Positions 56,289 through 64,000 of a DNA stretch of 64,000 nt are shown piece after piece. The stretch is from the NCBI RefSeq assembly GCF_003991155.1, contig NZ_CP031293.1; one strand, 5' to 3'. A model generated the notes under the pieces. The model was not told where the DNA came from. It did not search any database and was given only the letters and a program-made list of their open reading frames with translations. The stretch is from Escherichia coli (GTDB lineage: Bacteria > Pseudomonadota > Gammaproteobacteria > Enterobacterales > Enterobacteriaceae). The translations under genes were made by a program, and so were the position numbers. Every line of letters begins with the position of its first letter. Position 1 is the stretch's first letter.

Positions 56289-57289
56289 AAACAGAACGTA
56301 TTCTCGGTGCTCTTTATGGGCAGGCGTTAGGGGATGCGATGGGGATGCCCTCCGAGCTTTGGCCACGCAGCCGCGTTAAAGCACACTTTGGCTGGATTGA
56401 CCATTTTCTGCCTGGACCAAAGGAGAATAACGCAGCCTGTTATTTTAACCGCGCCGAATTCACCGACGATACCTCGATGGCGCTGTGTCTGGCGGATGCG
56501 TTACTGGAACGTGAAGGCGAGATCGATCCGGATCTGATTGGGCGTAATATTCTCGACTGGGCGCTGCGTTTCGACGCCTTTAACAAAAACGTACTAGGTC
56601 CGACCTCGAAGATTGCGCTTAACGCCATTCGCGACGGTAAACCCGTTGCTGAACTGGAAAATAACGGCGTGACCAACGGCGCAGCGATGCGCGTCTCGCC
56701 ATTAGGTTGTTTGCTTCCGGCGCGTGATGTTGATTCCTTTATTGATGATGTGGCGCTGGCCTCCAGCCCGACCCATAAATCCGATCTGGCAGTTGCAGGT
56801 GCGGTAGTCATCGCATGGGCGATTTCTCGTGCCATTGACGGAGAAAGCTGGTCAGCGATTGTTGATTCACTGCCTTCAATTGCGCGACATGCACAGCAAA
56901 AACGCATCACTACCTTCAGCGCCTCACTGGCAGCACGTCTGGAGATTGCGCTGAAAATTGTGCGCAATGCCGACGGCACCGAATCCGCCAGCGAACAGCT
57001 GTATCAGGTCGTTGGCGCAGGTACCAGCACTATTGAGTCCGTTCCGTGCGCCATTGCGCTGGTTGAACTGGCACAAACCGACCCGAATCGCTGCGCCGTC
57101 CTGTGCGCTAACCTTGGCGGCGACACAGACACCATAGGTGCTATGGCGACGGCAATTTGCGGCGCGTTGCATGGCGTTAACGCTATCGATCCTGCGTTAA
57201 AGGCGGAACTGGATGCGGTAAATCAGCTTGATTTCAACCGCTATGCCACAGCGCTGGCGAAGTATCGCCAACAACGGGAGGCGGTATGA
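56285..57289 (+). CDS. yegU: ADP-ribosylglycohydrolase-family protein
   Basis: 334-aa ORF; start overlaps yegT stop (ATGA). Confidence 0.85.
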   Translation: MKTERILGALYGQALGDAMGMPSELWPRSRVKAHFGWIDHFLPGPKENNAACYFNRAEFTDDTSMALCLADALLEREGEIDPDLIGRNILDWALRFDAFNKNVLGPTSKIALNAIRDGKPVAELENNGVTNGAAMRVSPLGCLLPARDVDSFIDDVALASSPTHKSDLAVAGAVVIAWAISRAIDGESWSAIVDSLPSIARHAQQKRITTFSASLAARLEIALKIVRNADGTESASEQLYQVVGAGTSTIESVPCAIALVELAQTDPNRCAVLCANLGGDTDTIGAMATAICGALHGVNAIDPALKAELDAVNQLDFNRYATALAKYRQQREAV

Positions 57290-58251
57290 GCAGCGCTCGA
57301 TTACACACGCTGCTGCCTGAATTAACCACGCGTCAGCCAGTGATGGTCGTCGGCGCGGCGGTCATTGATGTGATCGCCGACGCTTATGCCCTCCCCTGGC
57401 GTGGGTGCGATATCGAACTGAAACAGCAGAGCGTTAACGTTGGCGGCTGTGCACTGAATATTGCCGTGGCATTAAAGCGCCTCGGCATCGAAGCGGGTAA
57501 TGCCTTGCCGCTCGGTCAGGGGGTGTGGGCGGAGATTATTCGCAACCGGATGGCAAAAGAGGACTTAATCAGCCTGATCGATAACGCCGAAGGTGATAAC
57601 GGCTGGTGTCTGGCGCTGGTTGAGCCGGATGGCGAACGCACTTTTATGTCATTCAGCGGTGTGGAAAATCAGTGGAATCGCCAATGGCTGGCACGATTAA
57701 CCGTTGCGCCTGGCAGCCTGCTCTATTTTTCCGGTTATCAACTGGCCTCGCCCTGCGGCGAATTGTTAGTGGAATGGCTGGAAGAGCTGCAAGACGTGAC
57801 GCCATTTATCGATTTTGGCCCACGTATTGGCGATATCCCGGATGCATTACTGGCGCGGATCATGGCCTGTCGACCTTTAGTGTCACTCAATCGTCAAGAG
57901 GCTGAGATTGCCGCCGAACGTTTTGCTCTATCCGCAGAGATAACAACACTAGGCAAGCAATGGCAGGAGAAATTTGCCGCGCCGTTGATCGTTCGTCTCG
58001 ATAAAGAGGGCGCATGGTATTTCAGCAACGACGCTTCTGGCTGCATTCCGGCATTTCCAACGCAAGTTGTAGACACCATTGGGGCGGGCGACAGTCATGC
58101 CGGCGGCGTACTTGCCGGGCTGGCCTCTGGTCTGCCACTGGCGGATGCCGTATTACTGGGCAATGCAGTGGCGTCGTGGGTTGTCGGGCATCGGGGCGGT
58201 GATTGTGCGCCAACGCGCGAGGAACTACTCCTCGCACACAAAAACGTATAG
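57286..58251 (+). CDS. yegV: PfkB-family carbohydrate/nucleoside kinase
   Basis: 321-aa ORF; C-terminal GAGD motif (DTIGAGDSHAGG); start overlaps yegU stop. Confidence 0.85.
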   Translation: MSSARLHTLLPELTTRQPVMVVGAAVIDVIADAYALPWRGCDIELKQQSVNVGGCALNIAVALKRLGIEAGNALPLGQGVWAEIIRNRMAKEDLISLIDNAEGDNGWCLALVEPDGERTFMSFSGVENQWNRQWLARLTVAPGSLLYFSGYQLASPCGELLVEWLEELQDVTPFIDFGPRIGDIPDALLARIMACRPLVSLNRQEAEIAAERFALSAEITTLGKQWQEKFAAPLIVRLDKEGAWYFSNDASGCIPAFPTQVVDTIGAGDSHAGGVLAGLASGLPLADAVLLGNAVASWVVGHRGGDCAPTREELLLAHKNV

Positions 58252-58971
58252 ATCGCTGCGACAGTGGCTGATGCTGTACTCAATAGGCCGTTGCTGTTGG
58301 TCAAGCGCCACTTGCTTGATCACCAGCACCGGTATTTTGCTATCTAACTGAATATGTGACTGAAACTCGGCATCCGGCATCCGGGCGCTAACGCGGGAAC
58401 GCGTACGTTGTGGGTAAATGTGCTGGCTGCGGAAGTAGTCATAAAGAGAAATCCCGATGGCATCAACATCATGAATTAAATGTGCCGGAACCCACGATTC
58501 CTCAATCGATACCGCTTCTTCATCGACATAGCGAATACGCTTAAGCAAAAAGACATCACTTCCCGCTTCGACCGCCAGCTGCTGCGCAACTTCTTCGGGA
58601 CATTTCACGACACGCTTGTTAACCCATAGCGTATCGGGCTTTTTCCCGCGCAATACCACCTGCTGAGAAAAACCTCGCGCTTCTTTCAACGAGTATTCGA
58701 AGATGTTGTTGATCTGCGTACCGTAACCACGCGAACGCGTCACCACGCCCTCTTCTTCCAGCGCCTGCATCGCCTTGCGCACCGTAATGCGCGAAACGCC
58801 GGTTAACTGACTTAAATCACGCTCACCGGGCAAAATATTGCCATGCTCCAGCACCCCGCTGCGCACGGCATTTTTTACCGTTTCGGCAAACTTAATATAA
58901 AGCGGCGTGTTATCCGCCGCTAAAATACGTTCGTTCAGTTGGGCAATCAGCTGGGTATGCGCTTGTTCCAT
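58225..58971 (-). CDS. yegW: GntR/HutC-family transcriptional regulator
   Basis: 248-aa ORF; N-terminal GntR HTH (LPGERDLSQLTGVSRITVRKAM), UTRA-like C-domain; 27-nt convergent overlap with yegV. Confidence 0.88.
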   Translation of the reverse strand: MEQAHTQLIAQLNERILAADNTPLYIKFAETVKNAVRSGVLEHGNILPGERDLSQLTGVSRITVRKAMQALEEEGVVTRSRGYGTQINNIFEYSLKEARGFSQQVVLRGKKPDTLWVNKRVVKCPEEVAQQLAVEAGSDVFLLKRIRYVDEEAVSIEESWVPAHLIHDVDAIGISLYDYFRSQHIYPQRTRSRVSARMPDAEFQSHIQLDSKIPVLVIKQVALDQQQRPIEYSISHCRSDLYVFVCEE

Positions 58972-59022
58972 TTGTCTTTTTCCTGCCGGGGAGTCTGGTG
59001 GGAGTATATCACTGCTTCTTAT

Positions 59023-59841
59023 TTAAGGCGTTTCTTTAATCCCATCAACGAATCCCTGCAACTCCTCCTCTGTGCCATTAAACACATTAAAATCCACCGG
59101 ACCATTAATGCCATCTACCTGCCCACGGTCGGAATGCTGCCAGAAGCGCCAGGCCATGCCGTCATTGTCCGGACGACGTTGATAGTAGTGAGCCACCCAC
59201 CACGGATATTCATTGAAATAGCCCGCCAGATTCGTGTGATAAAAAACGGCTCCTGAGTAAATAATCGGCTTTTTCCCCGTACTTTTTTCGACCATTTTTA
59301 GCCACTGACTTACCCGCTTGCGTAATTCTTTTGCCGATAATTTTCCCCGTTCTTCTACGTCCAGCACGGCAGGGAAATCGCCTTGTGAGAAATCCACCGT
59401 TTGCAGAAATAATCTCGCCTGAACTGAAGCGGATACCGACGGGGAAAAATAATGATACGCCCCGCGCAGCAGGCCATTTTCGCGGCTTAGTTGCCAGTTA
59501 CGCGAAAAATAGGGGTCCACCAGCTTTTCGCCTTCCGTCGCCTTAATAAAGGCAAATTGTAAGCGAATACCGTTATCGCGCATTTTTGCCACCCGCTGCC
59601 AGTCGATTCGCTCCTGCCAGCGTGAAACATCAATACCATGAATGGTGTAACTGGCAGGAATGCGAATAGCAAAAGATTTGACCGGGCGATAACCGTAGAA
59701 GTGGATGTAGTCTTTAATCTGAATTGCTGTCGAATAGAAAAAATTCACCGTCTGACGCGGATAAATTGCAACGATGGAAATTAGCCCAAGAGCGCATAAT
59801 AAAGCGGTGAATTTTTTTCGACTGGTGATTCTCAGCTGCAT
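59023..59841 (-). CDS. yegX: glycoside hydrolase family 25 (lysozyme-like) protein
   Basis: Start trimmed to MQLRITSRKKFTALLCALGLISIV...; GH25 motifs (HGIDVSRWQ). Confidence 0.85.
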   Translation of the reverse strand: MQLRITSRKKFTALLCALGLISIVAIYPRQTVNFFYSTAIQIKDYIHFYGYRPVKSFAIRIPASYTIHGIDVSRWQERIDWQRVAKMRDNGIRLQFAFIKATEGEKLVDPYFSRNWQLSRENGLLRGAYHYFSPSVSASVQARLFLQTVDFSQGDFPAVLDVEERGKLSAKELRKRVSQWLKMVEKSTGKKPIIYSGAVFYHTNLAGYFNEYPWWVAHYYQRRPDNDGMAWRFWQHSDRGQVDGINGPVDFNVFNGTEEELQGFVDGIKETP

Positions 59842-59905
59842 TGGTTTCATCCCTGAATGTCAGCGCCAAAGGCTGACAATAACCAAAGCAGCTATAGTAC
59901 GGTGC

Positions 59906-60706
59906 TCACCACCAGGCGTGGAAGTGGTGAACCGGACCAATACCGTGACCAACTTCCAGCGTGTCGGCCTGGGCTAACGCCGATGAAAGCCAGCTTTTTG
60001 CCTCCTGTACGGTGTCAGCCCAGTTTGTATGGCGCGGGCGCAGTGCAGCCAACGCCGCAGAGAGCGTACAACCAGTGCCGTGAGTGTTTTTGGTCATAAT
60101 GCGCGGTGCGGTAAACCGTTGTTCACCCTCGCGGGTAAACAGCCAGTCCGGGCTTTGCTCATCATCCAGATGACCACCTTTCATTAGCACTGCGCCACAG
60201 CCCATCGCCAACAGCGATCGCCCTTGTTCCAGCATTTCCTGTTCGGTGCGCGCGTGTGGCGCGTCGAGCAAGGCGGCTGCTTCGGGCAAGTTTGGCGTTA
60301 TTAATGAAACATGTGGCAATAATCGACTGCGTAGCGTGGCAACTGCCGAAGGTGAAAGCAGCGGGTCGCCGCTTTTTGCCAGCATAACGGTGTCGAGTAC
60401 CACGTTTTGGATCTGATAACGTTGCAACCGTTCTGCCACCGCTTCAACAATATCGGTTTCCGCCAACATACCGATTTTAGTGGTGTCGATTCGCACATCA
60501 CTGAACACCGAATCGAGCTGGGCGGCGACAAAATCAGGCTCAATGCGATACACCGACTGTACGCCACGGGTATTTTGCGCCACCAGTGCAGTAATCACTG
60601 AGCAACCATAAGCGCCAAGTGCCGAGAAGGTTTTAAGATCGGCCTGAATCCCCGCACCACCACTCGGATCAGTACCGGCAATCGTCAGAGCGTTAATTCG
60701 TTTCAT
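59906..60706 (-). CDS. thiD: hydroxymethylpyrimidine / phosphomethylpyrimidine kinase
   Basis: 266-aa ORF MKRINALTIAGTDPSGGAGIQADLK... Confidence 0.95.
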   Translation of the reverse strand: MKRINALTIAGTDPSGGAGIQADLKTFSALGAYGCSVITALVAQNTRGVQSVYRIEPDFVAAQLDSVFSDVRIDTTKIGMLAETDIVEAVAERLQRYQIQNVVLDTVMLAKSGDPLLSPSAVATLRSRLLPHVSLITPNLPEAAALLDAPHARTEQEMLEQGRSLLAMGCGAVLMKGGHLDDEQSPDWLFTREGEQRFTAPRIMTKNTHGTGCTLSAALAALRPRHTNWADTVQEAKSWLSSALAQADTLEVGHGIGPVHHFHAWW

Positions 60707-60729
60707 GCCTGCACCTCCTGCGTCAATTG

Positions 60730-61491
60730 TCAGAGCGCATCAAGGAAATGTGGAACAAAACTGCCTGGCCCCTCGCTTCTGGCAACTGCGCGTTCTCCGG
60801 CTTGTTTCATCCAGTGACAGGCAGATGCGATATTTTCCAGCGTATCGCCTGGTAGCGCACAACAGGCAGCGACAACCGCCGATAATGCACAGCCAGTTCC
60901 TACCACTTTGGTCATTAGCGGATCGCCACCGTGAATGCCAACGATACGATGTCCATCGGTAACATAATCCACCTCGCCAGTGACCACGACGATTGCGCCA
61001 GTTTCCCGTGCCAGTGTTTGTGCAGCAGGTATCGCGTTAGCTGCGGCATCAGTGGTATCCACTCCCCGTCCGCCATTAGCAACGCCAGCTAATGCCATGA
61101 TTTCCGAAGCATTACCACGTATGGCGGTTGGCTTATGAGACAGAAGTTCCAGACAAAAACGGCGGCGATAATCGAGTGCACCCACCGCTACTGGATCAAG
61201 CGTCCAGGGTGTTTGAGAGCGTTTTGCCTGTTCAACGGCGGCACGCATCGCCTGTGCGCGTGGCTGCGTCAGCGTGCCAACGTTAATCAGCAACGCACTG
61301 GCGATTGCCGCAAACTGACTGGCCTCTTCGGTTTCGATGACCATCGCTGGCGATGCACCGAGCGCCAGTAAGGTATTGGCAGTAAAGGTTTGCACCACAT
61401 CATTGGTCATACAGTGCACAAGGGGGGAATGTTTGTGAAAAAGATGTAACGCGTGCGCAGATTGCGCGGAACTCAGCAGGTCGACTTGCAT
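60730..61491 (-). CDS. thiM: hydroxyethylthiazole kinase (C-terminus 9 codons shorter than the ATGA-coupled frame)
   Basis: 253-aa [21 protein letters not shown]...; in-frame TGA at 60730-60732, followed by 8 more sense codons and a second stop overlapping the thiD ATG. Confidence 0.9.
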   Translation of the reverse strand: MQVDLLSSAQSAHALHLFHKHSPLVHCMTNDVVQTFTANTLLALGASPAMVIETEEASQFAAIASALLINVGTLTQPRAQAMRAAVEQAKRSQTPWTLDPVAVGALDYRRRFCLELLSHKPTAIRGNASEIMALAGVANGGRGVDTTDAAANAIPAAQTLARETGAIVVVTGEVDYVTDGHRIVGIHGGDPLMTKVVGTGCALSAVVAACCALPGDTLENIASACHWMKQAGERAVARSEGPGSFVPHFLDAL

Positions 61492-61640
61492 AGTTTGCTC
61501 CTGCCATAACGTGAAGAAGCAATGACCTGGTGGTCCGTGACTTCCCTACGCTGGCATTATCCAGATCAGGTGATACGGGTATTTCTCAGCCTTCACGCAG
61601 AAGGGCACCCCGAGTCGTTTGGTTGAATCTCTATATTTTG
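61492..61640 (-). promoter_or_regulatory. TPP (thi-box) riboswitch in thiM leader
   Basis: Minus-strand leader contains GGGGUGCCCUUCUGCGUGAAGGCUGAGAAAUACCCGUAUCACCUGAUCUGGAUAAUGCCAGCGUAGGGAAGUCACGG... with CUGAGA thi-box and SD-sequestering stem. Confidence 0.85.
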
Positions 61641-61837
61641 TGCCAGCTTAGGGGAAGTGGCTTGCAGATGCAAGCTCGCCTCCATTAATTGCTTCTTCTC
61701 TGTGTACCCCATTTTGTACCCCATATCAGAAATGAAAAAGAAACATTTAACATCTATCATTCAGATGATAAAAACTATTGATTATCTTAATTTGCTAATT
61801 TATATTATTTATCTAAATTTGATAGGTGAGATAAAAA

Positions 61838-62077
61838 ATGACAGAAACCCAGATCTACGAGAACATTAAGCAAGCCATTAGCAGCGCACCACGAAATAGC
61901 CAAACGATGGAAATGCACCTCCAGATGATCAAATATGCTGACCATCTGAAAAAGGTTACGGCAAAAGAGTTTTGTGAAGGTGTAGGACTTAAAGCCAGCT
62001 TTGGTACAGAGTTCAGCAAAATGAGAAATCTTACCGAGCGACTCAAAGCTGCTGGACTTGACACCACGAAGTTATAA
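61838..62077 (+). CDS. hypothetical small protein (possible HTH regulator) of island
   Basis: 79-aa ORF in AT-rich DNA with ggtgaga SD; no family recognised; divergent from the minus-strand island genes. Confidence 0.35.
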   Translation: MTETQIYENIKQAISSAPRNSQTMEMHLQMIKYADHLKKVTAKEFCEGVGLKASFGTEFSKMRNLTERLKAAGLDTTKL

Positions 62078-62242
62078 AAAACAAATCATCAATATATTAT
62101 TTTTGTTTTCCAGACTTACTTGCATATGTTTCTACGAGCATAAAAAACAACAACCACCACATAGCTATTACCATAATAATGTTTTCCTTTTATATTAAAC
62201 AGAGAAATAGAATTAGAGCGTGGAATAGATGAATTCTATTTT

Positions 62243-62488
62243 CTATAACTTCTTGAGGTTGAATGTAGAAAAAGACAGCTCTTTCATTTCAATAACACCG
62301 AAATTTGATAGCTGTTTCAGCCAGAATTTTAAACCTGACTCAGAGCAACCTGCTCGATGTAACACATCGCTATATTTTAGCGGTGTTGGCTTTCCTTTAT
62401 AGAGGTAAACAAGCGTTTCGTAGGTGTGTTTTCCGGTGTCGTTACACTGAATGCGGTCTACTTGATTTTTTACTAAATATTGGATCAT
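62243..62488 (-). CDS. hypothetical small protein (possible winged-helix) of island
   Basis: 81-aa ORF 11 nt downstream of the 239-aa gene on the same strand. Confidence 0.4.
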   Translation of the reverse strand: MIQYLVKNQVDRIQCNDTGKHTYETLVYLYKGKPTPLKYSDVLHRAGCSESGLKFWLKQLSNFGVIEMKELSFSTFNLKKL

Positions 62489-62499
62489 AGTCCTCCTTA

Positions 62500-63219
62500 T
62501 TAAAATGGAATGTCAAAATCGTCCTCTTCTGTCTCAGGTATCGTGTATATATGTTCTCTTCCTGTAAATTCAGAAACCACTATTGAAATTAGCCTGTATG
62601 CCTCTATTTTATCGCCCTGCGTTTCAGCTAAAGCCCACTCAAGGGCTGCTTCTGTTGGCTGTCCATTCGGTTTGCAAATAGTGACACCGCCCCAAGGAAG
62701 CTCTGTTTTTTCCTGCTGAATAGAGCGTGTTGTTTCTAGTGTTTTTTTATCTTCCGTAGGGGGAAGCTGTTCAGGAACAGCTTTAACAGTAGATACTTGC
62801 TCTGTCTGTGGCTTTTCTGCATTTACAGAGGCTTTCGCTTCTCTTGGTGCTGTAATATGTGCATCTGTAAAGGGTAATGCTTTATAGAGTGATGTTTGAC
62901 CGTGGCGTGCCTCTACAGAAAGAACTCCCATATCAACAAACATATTTATAATATTGCGTACCTGACGATCACTAACCATTCCAATATTAGCTAATGTTTT
63001 TTGAGTAGCGTAACATTCTTGCCCTTGTTCATTGAATCCAGCTATATAGCTATAGATTTCAACGGCTGGCAGTGTAGCGGTGTATTCATTACCAGATGGT
63101 GAGTACCATTTTTTAAACATCTTCAACCATTGCTCAACAACTACATATTTTTGTTTACCATCTTTCTGATTTAGACATTTGGCTTTCGCTTCGGCAATTG
63201 TTTTGATATTTTTGATCAT
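62500..63219 (-). CDS. phage/island protein with wHTH-like N-domain and SSB-like acidic C-terminal tail (DDFDIPF)
   Basis: 239-aa ORF with perfect AGGAGG SD 5 nt upstream of ATG; low-complexity PQTEQ linker; final residues EEDDFDIPF resemble the SSB C-terminal tip. Confidence 0.6.
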   Translation of the reverse strand: MIKNIKTIAEAKAKCLNQKDGKQKYVVVEQWLKMFKKWYSPSGNEYTATLPAVEIYSYIAGFNEQGQECYATQKTLANIGMVSDRQVRNIINMFVDMGVLSVEARHGQTSLYKALPFTDAHITAPREAKASVNAEKPQTEQVSTVKAVPEQLPPTEDKKTLETTRSIQQEKTELPWGGVTICKPNGQPTEAALEWALAETQGDKIEAYRLISIVVSEFTGREHIYTIPETEEDDFDIPF

Positions 63220-63343
63220 TTAGTTCCTCCTTTGTAAGGACTGTAATTAGTAGTTCATTAACAAGTTTTGGAATTGATTTCCCTTCTGCCTTTGCGCGAT
63301 TTAACAACGCGTTATAAGTTGCAGAGTCAAAATTAATATTCAT
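63155..63343 (-). CDS. ribbon-helix-helix (CopG/Arc-like) small regulator
   Basis: ATG at 63343 with aggagaggaga SD; MNINFDSATYNALLNRAKAEGKSIPKLVNELL fits RHH beta-strand plus helices; 3' end overlaps the next gene by 65 nt, so the true stop/frame is uncertain. Confidence 0.45.
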   Translation of the reverse strand: MNINFDSATYNALLNRAKAEGKSIPKLVNELLITVLTKEELNDQKYQNNCRSESQMSKSERW

Positions 63344-63365
63344 TTGGTTTTCTCCTCTCCTGTTA

Positions 63366-63548
63366 TTATTCTTTCTCTGCTTCTGCCTTACGCAGTTCAT
63401 CAATAATCTTGAGTGCATCGTCAAAGCATTTTTCACGCTCTGGATAACCTCGACTCCTTGCCATATTACGATTCATTACTACTTGATGTCGTGTTAACTC
63501 ACCTTTTTTAAATGCCTCTACGACGTGTTCCGGTATAAACCATTTCAT
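63366..63548 (-). CDS. hypothetical small basic protein of island
   Basis: 60-aa ORF MKWFIPEHVVEAFKKGELTRHQ... directly upstream of the RHH gene on the same strand. Confidence 0.35.
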   Translation of the reverse strand: MKWFIPEHVVEAFKKGELTRHQVVMNRNMARSRGYPEREKCFDDALKIIDELRKAEAEKE

Positions 63549-64000
63549 AAAAAACTCCTTATTCAGTTAAAAGAAAAACACCTTGCAAGCCTGACGGCTT
63601 CAAAGTGCATTGATTTTGATTATTTAGAGAAGAATGTTTTTCTGTCCCTCTAGTACCTATTATTACATATAAATAAACATTTGTCAATATCTTTTCATAA
63701 AAAATCAGAACCTTTTCATGCACTTACATTTTTTCTTAGCGATTCGTGCTCTCCTGTGTAGTGCTATTCTTCATTACCAGCTAAAACGCTCTAAAACGCG
63801 TTCTAACGAAGTTTTGATAAAAGCAATACATTCTCTTATGTAATGGCTGTTTAGCTCGCCAGAGGCTTATTTAAGTGGCTTATTTTGTATTTGTTAGATG
63901 ATGATAGATATAAAACAGAGAGTTCTTAGATTAGTTACTTTATAAAACGCTCTGTAAAGCCCTGTAGTGAGTTTATATATGTAGGCAAAGCGGTTTCCAT

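Noticed and set aside
61657-61869. 70-aa plus-strand ORF at the island boundary
   Set aside because: Low-complexity AT-rich translation, overlaps the better-supported 79-aa ORF start region, no SD.

Overview
Identification rests on reading the ORF translations and recalling E. coli K-12 gene order; no database search was run. The window looks like a non-K-12 Escherichia coli/Shigella chromosomal segment colinear with the K-12 colanic-acid to thiMD region. In order: cpsB (partial) and the wca/gmd/fcl/wzc/wzb/wza cluster (minus), yegH, asmA, dcd, udk, dgcE(yegE), alkA, yegD, the yegL-yegK-yegI triad, a tandem ibs/sib type I toxin-antitoxin array, mdtABCD-baeSR, yegP, yegQ, CyaR sRNA, yegR, yegS, an intact gatR with gatYZABCD, fbaB, yegTUV, yegW, yegX and thiMD with its TPP riboswitch. 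The most interesting content is accessory: (1) the translationally coupled vWA / PP2C phosphatase / Ser-Thr kinase triad (TerY-P-like), (2) five tandem ibs/sib copies where I recall two in K-12, (3) a HigB/HigA-like pair between yegH and asmA, (4) a ParD/ParE-like pair between yegP and yegQ, and (5) an AT-rich phage-like island starting just upstream of the thiM riboswitch and running off the window end, including a 239-aa protein with an SSB-like DDFDIPF C-terminal tail. No tRNA, rRNA or CRISPR array was seen. Several ORF-track entries are N-terminally over-extended because the track uses alternative start codons; starts were trimmed where the recalled K-12 protein or an SD/ATGA overlap supported it.
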